Below, in pieces: positions 41,388-51,256 of a stretch of DNA of 64,000 nucleotides. A program made the translations under genes and the position numbers. Location: NCBI GenBank assembly GCA_963848305.1, contig CAWKDC010000001.1:736001-800000 (forward strand), given 5' to 3'. This stretch comes from an uncultured Gammaproteobacteria bacterium. Its GTDB lineage: Bacteria > Pseudomonadota > Gammaproteobacteria > JABCZS01. The notes under the pieces are model-generated. The model did not search any database and was not told the DNA's origin. It worked only from the letters and a program-made list of their open reading frames with translations. How positions within the stretch are numbered: position 1 is the first letter of the stretch; the number at the start of each line of letters is the position of its first letter.

Positions 41388-42209
41388 TTACTTATTGTGA
41401 TTCCTATTTAAAGTCGAAGCTGTCGAACGAGATGATTCCTCATCCGACCAAAACATTGAAAGGGATTCTTCAGTCGCCCAATAGTGACATGAACCTTCTG
41501 GATGAGTCAACAAAGTATTTGAAAATTGCTTGATTGACTCGAGTCTTGCTGATCTACAATCCATACCCGAAGCTCGCAAACCGGAGTCTATATATGTAAG
41601 CTCAACCGTATTAATGCTATCAAGTTTCTCGATAAACTCTGCATCAACAAACTGCCACGCACCGTCAGCACACTCGATGAAATCGCATGCATGTTCTCTG
41701 ATCATCTTCATGAATTTTAGCGCATTGTCATTGGTACCCTTCCACGGATCCCCAAAGAAACGTTCTATCCATTCATCCGCTTTCTCCTCAGGATATTTGA
41801 CCGTCTTTACCTTGTTACGCGTCATTGCATCAGACAAATTGATGAGAAAATCAATGACCTTATCTTTCAAATGGGCAGGAACTGTTATACCTTTTTGAAC
41901 AGATTCATTGACTCGAAACAAAACAGCATCTTTGAGATATGCTAAAAAAATTGTTCTTGAATCGACACTTGTCTTGCTCCAATTTGTTTTCTGTGCACGG
42001 TTACAATGCCACTGAATGAGTGTTGGTAACGCGTATGTCGCCATTTGAGCACAACATACAAATTGTTTTGAATTAACTACCTCTAATGCCATACTAATAG
42101 AAAATATGGCTGCCTCGGCACCCGGCAATGCAAGCATGTCATTCATTTTACATCTTTCATCAAATGCCTTCTGGCACTCAGCCACTGTTTTATTATGGTC
42201 AATCTTCAT
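41388..42209 (-). CDS. Hypothetical effector-like protein
   Basis: RBS aggag before MKIDH; no known motif. Confidence 0.6.
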   Translation of the reverse strand: MKIDHNKTVAECQKAFDERCKMNDMLALPGAEAAIFSISMALEVVNSKQFVCCAQMATYALPTLIQWHCNRAQKTNWSKTSVDSRTIFLAYLKDAVLFRVNESVQKGITVPAHLKDKVIDFLINLSDAMTRNKVKTVKYPEEKADEWIERFFGDPWKGTNDNALKFMKMIREHACDFIECADGAWQFVDAEFIEKLDSINTVELTYIDSGLRASGMDCRSARLESIKQFSNTLLTHPEGSCHYWATEESLSMFWSDEESSRSTASTLNRNHNK

Positions 42210-42267
42210 GGTGTTTCTCCTGTTCATATTTATTGCTGAATGATATATCATTTTTCTAGTTTTAATA

Positions 42268-42286
42268 TAGGGGATTTAATCCCCTA
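42268..42286. promoter_or_regulatory. 19-bp box 3 (between divergent genes)
   Basis: TAGGGG-ATTTAAT-CCCCTA; TAAGAT at 21 nt on +, TATCAT at 22 nt on -. Confidence 0.85.
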
Positions 42287-42340
42287 TTTTTATTTAAAAT
42301 AATTGTGTAAGATAGCTTTAATTCGCGCGAGGAGTTTACA

Positions 42341-43294
42341 ATGAAAAATCCTGAATTAATGAGGCAGCTTTTTACAGCCATAGATGAAATGGATATGGAT
42401 GAGATTAGTGGTATTATCACAAAAAATAAAGATTTTAACATTAATGAACACAACCCAGATGAAACTTCTGTTTGCACACCCCTGATTGCTTCGATAGAAA
42501 TTAACAGCGAGGAATTATTTTTATATTTACTTAAACATGGGGCAAGCGTTGATATCGCTGATAAAAACAACAGAATGCCACTCTCGTATGCTGCTTCAAT
42601 TGATAATAATGAATATTATGTGAATCGTATTTTAACATTGACCCAAAATGTTAATCACCGTGACAATGATGGAAAAACAGCGTTACATCACGCGGCTTCA
42701 AGAGGTCGTTCAATTATCGACCTCGTCAATTATGGAGCGGATGTCACTATCGCTGATAATGATGGTAATATCCCTTTAGATATTGCTATTCGCTGCAACC
42801 ATAGCAACGTTGTTAGTCAACTTTTTTATTATACTTTGTCATCTGCAAAATTGAATAACCCTAAGGCTTTCCTAGACAAGTATAACAAAAACATAAACCA
42901 AGATGCGGTGATTCTTTTGAATCGTAATTTAATTGCAAACACTAAAGACAGGTTTGACAAAATAAGACTGTTACAAGGTGCATTGTCACAATCCACACCA
43001 TTTGGATGGTATTTAAATAATTTGAAAACAGAGAAGGCGTTTGAAGCGAAAAAACTCCTGCAGTCGAATCTTGGAAAGCTACTCGAAGTAACAGGGTATA
43101 ATCAATTCATAGAAGAACAAAATAAACCCGTAGAGTCTCCTGTATTCAACGCATATCAACCAACGGCTGCACAAACAACTACCGAACAAATCCTAAAGAG
43201 AATGGACGAACAAGATCAGCGGATCCTTGCATTGGAAAATGAAGTGAAGCGGTTATCTGAAAAACAGGGTAACGCAAGCAATTTCTCAATATAA
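42341..43294 (+). CDS. Ankyrin-repeat protein with C-terminal coiled coil
   Basis: TPLIAS, MPLSYAA, GKTALHHAA and GNIPLDIA repeats. Confidence 0.9.
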   Translation: MKNPELMRQLFTAIDEMDMDEISGIITKNKDFNINEHNPDETSVCTPLIASIEINSEELFLYLLKHGASVDIADKNNRMPLSYAASIDNNEYYVNRILTLTQNVNHRDNDGKTALHHAASRGRSIIDLVNYGADVTIADNDGNIPLDIAIRCNHSNVVSQLFYYTLSSAKLNNPKAFLDKYNKNINQDAVILLNRNLIANTKDRFDKIRLLQGALSQSTPFGWYLNNLKTEKAFEAKKLLQSNLGKLLEVTGYNQFIEEQNKPVESPVFNAYQPTAAQTTTEQILKRMDEQDQRILALENEVKRLSEKQGNASNFSI

Positions 43295-43314
43295 TCACAT
43301 ACAGGAGCTACAAC

Positions 43315-43788
43315 ATGTTAAAAGATATCGAAAAGAATCTCATCAAGGCCTTGGCCAAAGATTACGATAAATTAATGAATCGGGAAGATAAACGCAAAAT
43401 ACAAAGTTTTCTGGTAGATCGAATTTACCAACCGTCACCGAGTGCGGTGACGTTTATGGAAAATATTTGTCGCATTATTCATTGTACTACTGTCGAAGCA
43501 GATGGTGAAAATGCTGTTCTTCATGCGCAAAAAACGCGATCACTGTTGGTCGCTCTCACTCAAGAATATCCTGGCGTACGTCAGAATTTAGACTCTATCA
43601 TTGCTAAAGAAAAGAAAACCAGCAATTTTACTGTTAGGCCTGATAGCAGCATGAATTCGTTTATCTGCGCTGCTGTAGCGAATAGCATTCTGGTGGATGC
43701 GCCGCTTATTTTTGATAAAATATATCCTCTGACTGACGATGCCAACAAATTTCTACTCAAGCAGGAAAATATTTATGTGGCAATCTGA
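43315..43788 (+). CDS. Hypothetical protein
   Basis: 157 aa, RBS aggag. Confidence 0.65.
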   Translation: MLKDIEKNLIKALAKDYDKLMNREDKRKIQSFLVDRIYQPSPSAVTFMENICRIIHCTTVEADGENAVLHAQKTRSLLVALTQEYPGVRQNLDSIIAKEKKTSNFTVRPDSSMNSFICAAVANSILVDAPLIFDKIYPLTDDANKFLLKQENIYVAI

Positions 43789-44803
43789 CGAAATAGAAAG
43801 TTTATCTCTTGATGAGTTTATTGAAAGCAGAAAACTCCTCACGCGCTCAACAGACACGCATCTCACTGATCGCGTACAAATCAGGTTGGAATTACAAAAC
43901 AATGCCATTCATGAGAATACACTCATCAAATCAATTGTCATTACAAAATATGATCTCAGATCAGATTATCATTTTTTCATTCATGCAATAGATGAGAAGG
44001 CTTTTGATGAACTTCAAAAACGGATGGGGCCATCGCATTTCTGGGAATATGACAATCATTCAAGGAAATTTTCACGAATATGTCTTGTCACGCAAGACAA
44101 CAAGCTTATTGCATTCATGTTCAATAAGATCATTCAGATTGAAAAGTGCTTTGAAAAAGATTTGCCTAAAGTATCTTCTACTATTGGGTTCTCTACAACA
44201 GATGCATACGAACAAGCACCCGAATGGATTCAAGTGGGTAATTTTAATAAAGCCATTTATCATGCAAAAGGCATCGTATCAGAAGTCTCGCATCGATGTA
44301 CAGATACTGATAAGGGCATTCATGAAATATCCTTAACCAGACTCATCTATTCTCAATTTGCATTGAGAATAACAGTGAAGTCCCTTAAAGAGCATGAAAT
44401 GCTTGAATCACTGCTCGGAAAACCAGAACATACTACTCCACCTATTATTATGCTGTACCAATGTCATGGCAAGGATATCCAATTACTCTGCGATAAAATC
44501 AGCACATTTACCCAATACTTTCAAATCAAACCAATTGGCGACACATTGATTGCTTCTATCAAAAGCTCCATGGAAACTATTGATGAAGTACAACAACGTG
44601 TTCAACCATCACTCCATAAAACACATGCTGAATTGGCTGCGGAGACTGCTGAATTTCTTAAAACTGTCTACGGTGGGCCAAGCACCCTCATCCCACAATT
44701 TTTCCGTGCCCCCGCAGCTGTTGGACGTCAACATATTCTTAGCGTGGAAAAGGTGATGAATAATATTCATGGATCATCAGGCAATAAAATGGAGAAAAAA
44801 TAA
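43775..44803 (+). CDS. Hypothetical effector-like protein
   Basis: Start overlaps the previous gene; no known motif. Confidence 0.6.
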   Translation: MWQSDEIESLSLDEFIESRKLLTRSTDTHLTDRVQIRLELQNNAIHENTLIKSIVITKYDLRSDYHFFIHAIDEKAFDELQKRMGPSHFWEYDNHSRKFSRICLVTQDNKLIAFMFNKIIQIEKCFEKDLPKVSSTIGFSTTDAYEQAPEWIQVGNFNKAIYHAKGIVSEVSHRCTDTDKGIHEISLTRLIYSQFALRITVKSLKEHEMLESLLGKPEHTTPPIIMLYQCHGKDIQLLCDKISTFTQYFQIKPIGDTLIASIKSSMETIDEVQQRVQPSLHKTHAELAAETAEFLKTVYGGPSTLIPQFFRAPAAVGRQHILSVEKVMNNIHGSSGNKMEKK

Positions 44804-44811
44804 AAAAGCAC

Positions 44812-45354
44812 CTACAATACGTCAATAAGCCCGCGCTCAATAGCCTGCATGATCAGCTCTGAACGTGAATGACAACGCAATTTTGTTTTGACAGTATCTA
44901 AATAATGTTCAACTGTTTTTTGCGCCAAGCCCAAGTGATCGCCGATTTGTTTGTGTGTATTTCCCAGGGCCAGAAATTTCAAACAAGCAGTTTGTTGTTT
45001 GGTGAGGGAAATCAAGCAACGCTCACCTACAAGCACAGAAACACCATGAATACCAAGCACCTTGCCGGTATTACCAATAATAGGTGCCTTGGTCGCACGA
45101 TAAATCTGAGGTCTGCCTTGATATAAGCATTTTTCATAAAAAATATGGTTTTTGCGTGTTTGCATCACTTGAGCGTCATTACCAAGGTAAATCTGCGCAA
45201 ATTGCGCCCAGGGAAGCTCTGCATCTTTCCGCCCTACGACGTCATCCATCTTGTTTGCGCCAGCGGCAGTTAGCAGATCCTCGTTAATAGCCATATAATA
45301 ACCTGAATCACTCTTGGTGTAGGTCGCATAAAAACTGCTAACTTCCTCAATCAT
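44812..45354 (-). CDS. PAS-LuxR transcriptional regulator (paralogue 2)
   Basis: Same architecture as paralogue 1, with a nearly identical HTH (LTKQQTACLK..KTVEHYLDTVK.KL.C.SRSELIMQAIERGLI). Confidence 0.88.
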   Translation of the reverse strand: MIEEVSSFYATYTKSDSGYYMAINEDLLTAAGANKMDDVVGRKDAELPWAQFAQIYLGNDAQVMQTRKNHIFYEKCLYQGRPQIYRATKAPIIGNTGKVLGIHGVSVLVGERCLISLTKQQTACLKFLALGNTHKQIGDHLGLAQKTVEHYLDTVKTKLRCHSRSELIMQAIERGLIDVL

Positions 45355-45448
45355 ATAATATTACCTCAACGCGAATATTTAGCTAGTTTACCAAGTCTAT
45401 AGAGTTTTGTCAATAAACAATTTTATCGAATTGCAGAGGAATATGCAC

Positions 45449-45467
45449 TAGGGGAATTGATCCCCTA
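45449..45467. promoter_or_regulatory. 19-bp box 4
   Basis: TAGGGG-AATTGAT-CCCCTA, 95 nt upstream of the paralogue 2 start. Confidence 0.8.
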
Positions 45468-45491
45468 TTACTCATAATTAAAAGAAGGTGC

Positions 45492-45752
45492 AGGCCGCAG
45501 GGCTGTAAGATATTAGCCTGGGGCATTGCCCCAGGTAAATATTAAATGATTAGAAGGAGGGCTGAAGGTACGTCACTTTTTATAGCATGAAGTACGTACC
45601 CGTTGTCATATAATACTAGGATTATCATTCCTTCTTGTCATTTTCTTCTTTCGCACTTTCAGCGCTCAATGCATTCTCTCATACATTTCCCAGGGTGACG
45701 GTTCGCTACGCGCACCTCACCCTGGGCTACAAGCTTAAAGGCCTTGCGGCCT
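45492..45752. mobile_element. REPIN/MITE-like element with two inverted multi-hairpin arms
   Basis: Ends aggccgcagggc and gccttgcggcct. Inner pairs agcctgggg/ccctgggct and agggctgaaggtacg/cgcactttcagcgct. No ORF inside. Confidence 0.65.
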
Positions 45753-45791
45753 TAAGTTGAATAGTAACAAGATTTTTGTCATATCTAAATT

Positions 45792-46283
45792 TCATCGTTC
45801 AATACCAATATATATGTCCAATATTGTATTATGAGGGTCAATTGCGCGTTCATCATAGACCTCAAAATCAGCGCGATACACCCTGGTACCTGATAATTCA
45901 TCGGGTGTCATTCCCCAAATTTTTTGCCATAACTGTATGCATACCTGCGGCATTGCGCCTGGACCTGTTGTGAATTTTGAATAAGTTTGCGCAGGGATAG
46001 TCAACGCGACGCAACCTTCTGGCAGATCAGCGAATGACGTCACTTCCTCGCCGATGAAGTAAGTATAATCACCTGTCATATCACTTGCATAATCTGTATA
46101 GACACAAAATGTTTTACCTGGATTCTTCCGTTCAGTTATTTTTGCATTCAACGCTCTAGAAAAATATCTGTGTAAACATTGCCCAATTTTAGCTGTTTCA
46201 GGGTTCATTTCATGGGCATTGTTCGTTCTTTCTGAAATCCCAACCAGCTTAATGTCTTTAAACTCCATTATTTCATGTTTCAT
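45792..46283 (-). CDS. GyrI-like small-molecule-binding protein
   Basis: LVGISERTNN..E, VYTDYASD..GDYTYFIG, IPAQTY.KF, WQKIW, R.YRADFEVYD. Confidence 0.88.
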   Translation of the reverse strand: MKHEIMEFKDIKLVGISERTNNAHEMNPETAKIGQCLHRYFSRALNAKITERKNPGKTFCVYTDYASDMTGDYTYFIGEEVTSFADLPEGCVALTIPAQTYSKFTTGPGAMPQVCIQLWQKIWGMTPDELSGTRVYRADFEVYDERAIDPHNTILDIYIGIER

Positions 46284-46338
46284 CGCTTTGTCTCCCTCGC
46301 AATCAATTATTTCAAGATTCTATTCGGATTATTCCCTG

Positions 46339-46413
46339 TTGACAACCATACCAGCAACCGCTAAAATCAGTCAACCCTATTCGAGGAACTTCGCCATGAA
46401 AATATCTGCTTAA
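46339..46413 (+). promoter_or_regulatory. sigma70 promoter and 5-codon leader ORF (MKISA*)
   Basis: TTGACA (46339), 17 nt, TAAAAT (46362). RBS gagg and ATG at 46396, stop ending 46413. Confidence 0.65.
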
Positions 46414-46457
46414 GTCGCCCTATCAACCATTCCCCTGGTTCACTTAAGAGAGATATC

Positions 46458-46914
46458 ATGCCGCACAAACCCTTTAAAATCAATCAAATCAGCATCTCAT
46501 ATCCGCACAAAATCTGTTTCGAGGACTTCAGCGTGGAAGTCCCTTATGGAAGCCGCATTGCGATTATTGGGCGCAATGGCAGCGGTAAGACAAGCCTGCT
46601 GCGTCTTTTGCGTGATACCGTCAAGGTGCCTGCCGGGTACGTGCCCCAGGTGATTGAGGACTTCGAGAACCAGAATGGTCGCATTCATGTTTTCACAGGC
46701 AATTATGATGATTATATCCGCTAACACACCGAAGCTTTTGATCCTAGATGAAATCACCAATAACCTCGATCTTGAAACAAGACAACATGTGATTGAGGTG
46801 TTGCAAGCTTATCCAGGCGCTATGATAGTGATATCGCATGATGAGGATTTCTTAGAGATGATCAATATCACTGATTATCACGTATGCAACAACCATTCAT
46901 TACTGAAAAAATAG
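46458..46914 (+). pseudogene. Internally deleted ABC-F ATPase remnant
   Basis: Walker A GRNGSGKT and YVPQ jump to FTGNYDDY (end of NBD1), then to LLILDEITNNLD...VISHD (end of NBD2). Confidence 0.8.
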
Positions 46915-46958
46915 CATCTGAAAATATTATTATGGCATCACTTTAACAGGAGTATCTC

Positions 46959-47888
46959 ATGACACACCGCTGGAAACAAACCATCAACATCGACGAAGAC
47001 TTGGTTCGCACTTTATTGCAGTCGCAGTTTTCAATGAATGCATCCCATATTCAATCATTGGATGCTGGCTGGGATAATTCAGTCTATCTCATCGATGATG
47101 AAGTGATTTTCCGTTTCCCACGCCGTGAATTTGCACTGCCATGCATGACACATGAAATTGCGATTCTGCCTTATATTGCTGATCAAGTGCATTTTAAATT
47201 GTCATCGCCACAATGGATTGGACAGCCGTCCGATATCTACCCTTACCCTTTCGCCGGTTACCCGATTTTGCCAGGGAAATCATTATGTGATGTATTCGAC
47301 GATTTGATCGATGATAAGGCTTTCGCAGAAACACTTGCACTTTGGCTCAAGGAATTACATAGAGTGCCCGTACGTGAATCTGATATAACGTTACTGGCAA
47401 ATTCTCAGCAATGGCGATTGGATATTAGCCATCGTATCAAACTTTGCCATGAAAATTTGGAGCAATATGCATCTTATTTTAATGAAGCTGGATTCACTCG
47501 AGAGAACATATTAAAGTCTATTGACAAGATGTCTGAGCTTTCATTTATTGAGCAGAAAAAATGCTATGTTCATGGCGATTTGTACCACCGACATATCATC
47601 GTTGATCCTGCTTCAAGACAACCGACGGGGTTGATTGATTGGGGTGATGTTCATATCAGCGACCCTGGGATTGATATATCTGTGGGGATGATATTCACGC
47701 CTGTCGTCTTTCGACATTTTATTGATGCTTATGGCGGGGTAAGCGAATCCTCGCTCAACATCTTACGACTGAATGGCTTTGCGCACGCCGTGAGCTTTTT
47801 GGCTTATGGGTATGAGCAAAATAGGCCGTCACTCAAGCGCTGGGCAGGGCTGCAATTGAGGAGAACAATCGAGGAATTGGGGGGATAG
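46959..47888 (+). CDS. APH-family phosphotransferase
   Basis: GWDN, IFRFPRR, HGDL, GLIDWGD...DPGID. Confidence 0.9.
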   Translation: MTHRWKQTINIDEDLVRTLLQSQFSMNASHIQSLDAGWDNSVYLIDDEVIFRFPRREFALPCMTHEIAILPYIADQVHFKLSSPQWIGQPSDIYPYPFAGYPILPGKSLCDVFDDLIDDKAFAETLALWLKELHRVPVRESDITLLANSQQWRLDISHRIKLCHENLEQYASYFNEAGFTRENILKSIDKMSELSFIEQKKCYVHGDLYHRHIIVDPASRQPTGLIDWGDVHISDPGIDISVGMIFTPVVFRHFIDAYGGVSESSLNILRLNGFAHAVSFLAYGYEQNRPSLKRWAGLQLRRTIEELGG

Positions 47889-47904
47889 GGGAAATATCCC
47901 CGTA
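47886..47904. promoter_or_regulatory. 19-bp box 5 (overlaps the APH stop codon)
   Basis: TAGGGG-AAATATC-CCCGTA; TGG-TATCAT with the hexamer 24 nt downstream. Confidence 0.7.
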
Positions 47905-47968
47905 TTGAGTAGCCATATTGATTGCTGGTATCATTGGTCTTGAGCCATTCCACATCGACGAGGTTTCC

Positions 47969-48682
47969 ATGAGCAATCCAGTGAGCAAAAAACACATCGT
48001 TGAATATTATAGAATGGTTACAAATCTTCAAAATGTGATAGCGCTCATGAACTGTGACGTAGATCAGTTACTTCTCACGATGTGGAAAGAATTTCTTAAA
48101 AAGTATTTTTCTGATAATCTACAAAGCGTGGTTCCATCGAAATCACTTGATTCTGAAGAGCAGAAAGCCACTTATTCAATGATATTTGAAAAGCTAAAAA
48201 AAATATCAACTGAATTGAATATTCCGATCCCAAAAGAAAACACAGGTGACAATAAATATGAACGATTAAAATTTGATGTGCTTATCCCAATGGTAAAAAT
48301 TCTTGAACCCATTTGCACTTATGCCCATGCGCCGGTATATGAAGGTGCACGCGGAATGCTGACATATTGGAACCATAAGATGGGCGGGACAGCCGCAAAC
48401 GTCATTGTTTCAGGAGGAATACTTTGCGGCTTATCAGCACTTCCTATCAATGTATTTCACGTTGAGAAGGATTTTCTGAGTGAAACAGCTGTTTTATCTA
48501 TTACATTACCCCTCGTTGCCATATGCTTGGCTAGTTTGTTCGTCCATGCCAATTATATTGATTCTAAACTGGTGAAATATGCCAAGAAGTATGATAACGT
48601 TCCGTGGGGTCTTAAATTTACAGATGAACGGACAGATGCAGAGAAAAAGGAAAACAAATTGGATATCAATTTCATCGTTTAA
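47969..48682 (+). CDS. Hypothetical protein with two C-terminal TM segments
   Basis: RBS gagg before MSNPV. Confidence 0.6.
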   Translation: MSNPVSKKHIVEYYRMVTNLQNVIALMNCDVDQLLLTMWKEFLKKYFSDNLQSVVPSKSLDSEEQKATYSMIFEKLKKISTELNIPIPKENTGDNKYERLKFDVLIPMVKILEPICTYAHAPVYEGARGMLTYWNHKMGGTAANVIVSGGILCGLSALPINVFHVEKDFLSETAVLSITLPLVAICLASLFVHANYIDSKLVKYAKKYDNVPWGLKFTDERTDAEKKENKLDINFIV

Positions 48683-49161
48683 TTATTAATTTTCAGTTTT
48701 TTATTCATTTCTTGTGCTATGTTCACGCCAGCGACAGTCAACGATGAAAATAACAAAAAGCTTTCCGTCAGCGCTGTTGAGACAGTATCAAACATACTAT
48801 GCTCATCATACATAAAAAACAATACAGGAATGCCCACAATGAAAAACTGCATAATAGGCATCAAGAAAAGAGTTGCTTTGAACTCTCCAATCATTCTTTC
48901 CATTTTTTCATCTTTGCTTTTTGCAATTTCCCAAGATTGAGAAATGAATGCCCATAGTATAATATACGACCCCACGGCAGTGGCTACACCAATGATTATT
49001 TTATCTGAAATGTCTGACCTTAAATCGTCACTGCAAATGGCGAGCAAATTGATCATTGTGGATGCCGTCAAACCAAGAAATGCGACAGCTAAAGCAGCAT
49101 TTTCACCATATGAAGATTTAGATTCAGGAGGATGAAAGATGTCATTCAATCTCGATTTCAT
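48679..49161 (-). CDS. Four-TM hypothetical membrane protein
   Basis: RBS gagga before MKSRL; four hydrophobic segments. Confidence 0.6.
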   Translation of the reverse strand: MKSRLNDIFHPPESKSSYGENAALAVAFLGLTASTMINLLAICSDDLRSDISDKIIIGVATAVGSYIILWAFISQSWEIAKSKDEKMERMIGEFKATLFLMPIMQFFIVGIPVLFFMYDEHSMFDTVSTALTESFLLFSSLTVAGVNIAQEMNKKLKINN

Positions 49162-49218
49162 CAAAGGTTCCTCAGGGCTGTTACCTTTCAATTGTAACAT
49201 CCTGCCTAATGCCTAGAA

Positions 49219-49237
49219 TAGGGTAATTTTTCCCCTA
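49219..49237. promoter_or_regulatory. 19-bp box 6 (between divergent genes)
   Basis: TAGGGT-AATTTTT-CCCCTA; TGG-TACGAT at 21 nt on +, TGT-TACAAT at 22 nt on -. Confidence 0.85.
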
Positions 49238-49293
49238 ATATCAGCAAAAGCAATATGGTACGATGAAGAACTTAACATTGAGGAGTCATAACA

Positions 49294-50334
49294 ATGCCAA
49301 GACCCGTCGCTTTATTGGATGTGGATAATACACTGTTATTCGGCCTTGATAATGCCGGAAACAGTATATTAAATCAAAACCTAATCCTCTCGTTACACCA
49401 AAACGCTGTTAAAGACGTGTATTTGTTTACCGACATGACGTTCATGAAATATCTAGTAGAAGAAAGACTCTGGCTTATTTCTAAGCTTCAAGAATACGGA
49501 CTTATAGTTCATGGAGTTGTTACACCCAATGATTTAGCATGGAATATCACCGACGTTGAAAGGCTTGAAGACTTATTATTATCTGATGAATATCAAGGTA
49601 ACGACAAATATCGTGGCCGATTTTATGGAGAACAATTTGAAGAGTTTATTCGAACTCAATCATCTTTATGCACCTCAATATCTACTTACCAACCGAATAA
49701 TACTAAACCAGGAAAAGCGTTTGATGATGCAAAATCAGCATTAAATAATGACGAATTCTCAGAATATTTTTTGGTTAAAAGCACCATTACAAAAGCTTTC
49801 GGTGATCGCCTTGGTGCAAAGCATGGCTACCCCCATACAAAAGGATTAATGCTAGATCTTTTTCTTCACCATAGACCAGACTGGGTCGGCAGTATATTAG
49901 TGGCTGATGACAATAAAGAGGTAATCAGTACGTTCGAAATTGATCCCGTAACCTCACAGACAAAATTCAAACCAGTAGATGCTTCAAAAACGCCCTGTCC
50001 ATTGCTGACATTGATCCCAGTTAAGAATTTGCATCATGACGCACAATATTATGATAATCTCATAAAAGGGCATTTATCAAAGGACGTGCATTTTATTGTG
50101 CGACCTTTCATGCCTACCTTGCTCTTATGCTCTATGGCTGGCGGCGTCATTGTAACTGGAGTCGCATTATTGATCCTCGGTTCTGTGCACCACTTTGACG
50201 CAGAGCAAATGAAGCCTAATGATAATTTCTCCCTGAAATCAGGTTTATTTTTTACGTTCACAGCCTTAATTGGTTGCATCGCCGGCGGGGGTTTAGCTGC
50301 GCGGCAAATGTACAAAGAGAAAAGCACCCTATAA
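49294..50334 (+). CDS. HAD-superfamily-like protein with two C-terminal TM helices
   Basis: Motif I ALLDVDNTLL, LFT, K, and motif IV VADD. Confidence 0.65.
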   Translation: MPRPVALLDVDNTLLFGLDNAGNSILNQNLILSLHQNAVKDVYLFTDMTFMKYLVEERLWLISKLQEYGLIVHGVVTPNDLAWNITDVERLEDLLLSDEYQGNDKYRGRFYGEQFEEFIRTQSSLCTSISTYQPNNTKPGKAFDDAKSALNNDEFSEYFLVKSTITKAFGDRLGAKHGYPHTKGLMLDLFLHHRPDWVGSILVADDNKEVISTFEIDPVTSQTKFKPVDASKTPCPLLTLIPVKNLHHDAQYYDNLIKGHLSKDVHFIVRPFMPTLLLCSMAGGVIVTGVALLILGSVHHFDAEQMKPNDNFSLKSGLFFTFTALIGCIAGGGLAARQMYKEKSTL

Positions 50335-50394
50335 TGGTCGCATCAGCCAATTTCTGTTATGATTTGGCAATAAACTTGTATCTAGGAGAAACCC

Positions 50395-51225
50395 ATGAAA
50401 ACTCTTGTAAAATATATGCTGACATGCGCCCTGCTCTGCCTCACTGCCATGACATCTATCGCAAATTCTATTGAGGTACAAAGCATGATATCCCACGCAT
50501 CCATTCAACAAAACAATGAACCCAAAGTCCGGACAGAAAACGTCAATCGTCAACGGGAAATTGAAGTAGAAGTCATTGCCTCTGGAAAAGGCGATGCACT
50601 ATTTTTTGTGCCAACACCCCTCACCCCTTTTTATATTGATCCTAATGCCGTCACGCAAAATGCGGAAGGATTGTATGTCTTGAAAGAAGGCTATTTTATC
50701 CCCGATGGTCTTATTCCCACTGAAAAACAAAACAACCCAGCACAATTATCGACTGTACTTGGCCGCGTTTTAACTGTGGTTGATATGCTTAAAAAAGGGA
50801 TTGATGTTACCGTTTTTTGTACAACATCGGATCGCCCGAAAGCGGATGGCAAGTCTGGTCATGTTGAGCCCGCTCATTTCAAAGCATTACAGAAACAGTT
50901 TTCCAATTTACATATCGTCACTATTCCATCAGAAAAATATGCGAGCCTGAAAGACACATTGCCAGCGGCCACTTACTTCTTCAAAGATCAAATTGTCTCT
51001 GTCTATTCACAACAAATCCGCGAAACATTCGACCCAAATCGCAAATGGGGTGTGGATGATCAGAATCGAGCATTCATTGAACAAATGAGAACACTTTGCC
51101 AGTCCACCCAGATTCATTTTCCATTAGACAAGTCGACAAAAACAAATACTCCATTACGTTTGAGCATGATTAACGAGCCCGAACTCACCGACAGAGAAAG
51201 GAAAAAATTTCACTTTTTCGGATAG
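50395..51225 (+). CDS. Exported hypothetical protein
   Basis: RBS aggag, signal peptide. Confidence 0.65.
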   Translation: MKTLVKYMLTCALLCLTAMTSIANSIEVQSMISHASIQQNNEPKVRTENVNRQREIEVEVIASGKGDALFFVPTPLTPFYIDPNAVTQNAEGLYVLKEGYFIPDGLIPTEKQNNPAQLSTVLGRVLTVVDMLKKGIDVTVFCTTSDRPKADGKSGHVEPAHFKALQKQFSNLHIVTIPSEKYASLKDTLPAATYFFKDQIVSVYSQQIRETFDPNRKWGVDDQNRAFIEQMRTLCQSTQIHFPLDKSTKTNTPLRLSMINEPELTDRERKKFHFFG

Positions 51226-51256
51226 CCACGCGAACATCAATCACTGGAGAATAGAA

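Noticed and set aside
40816-41390. Short minus-strand ORFs downstream of the 41388 gene
   Set aside because: They may be frameshifted continuations or a remnant, but no consistent reconstruction was possible.
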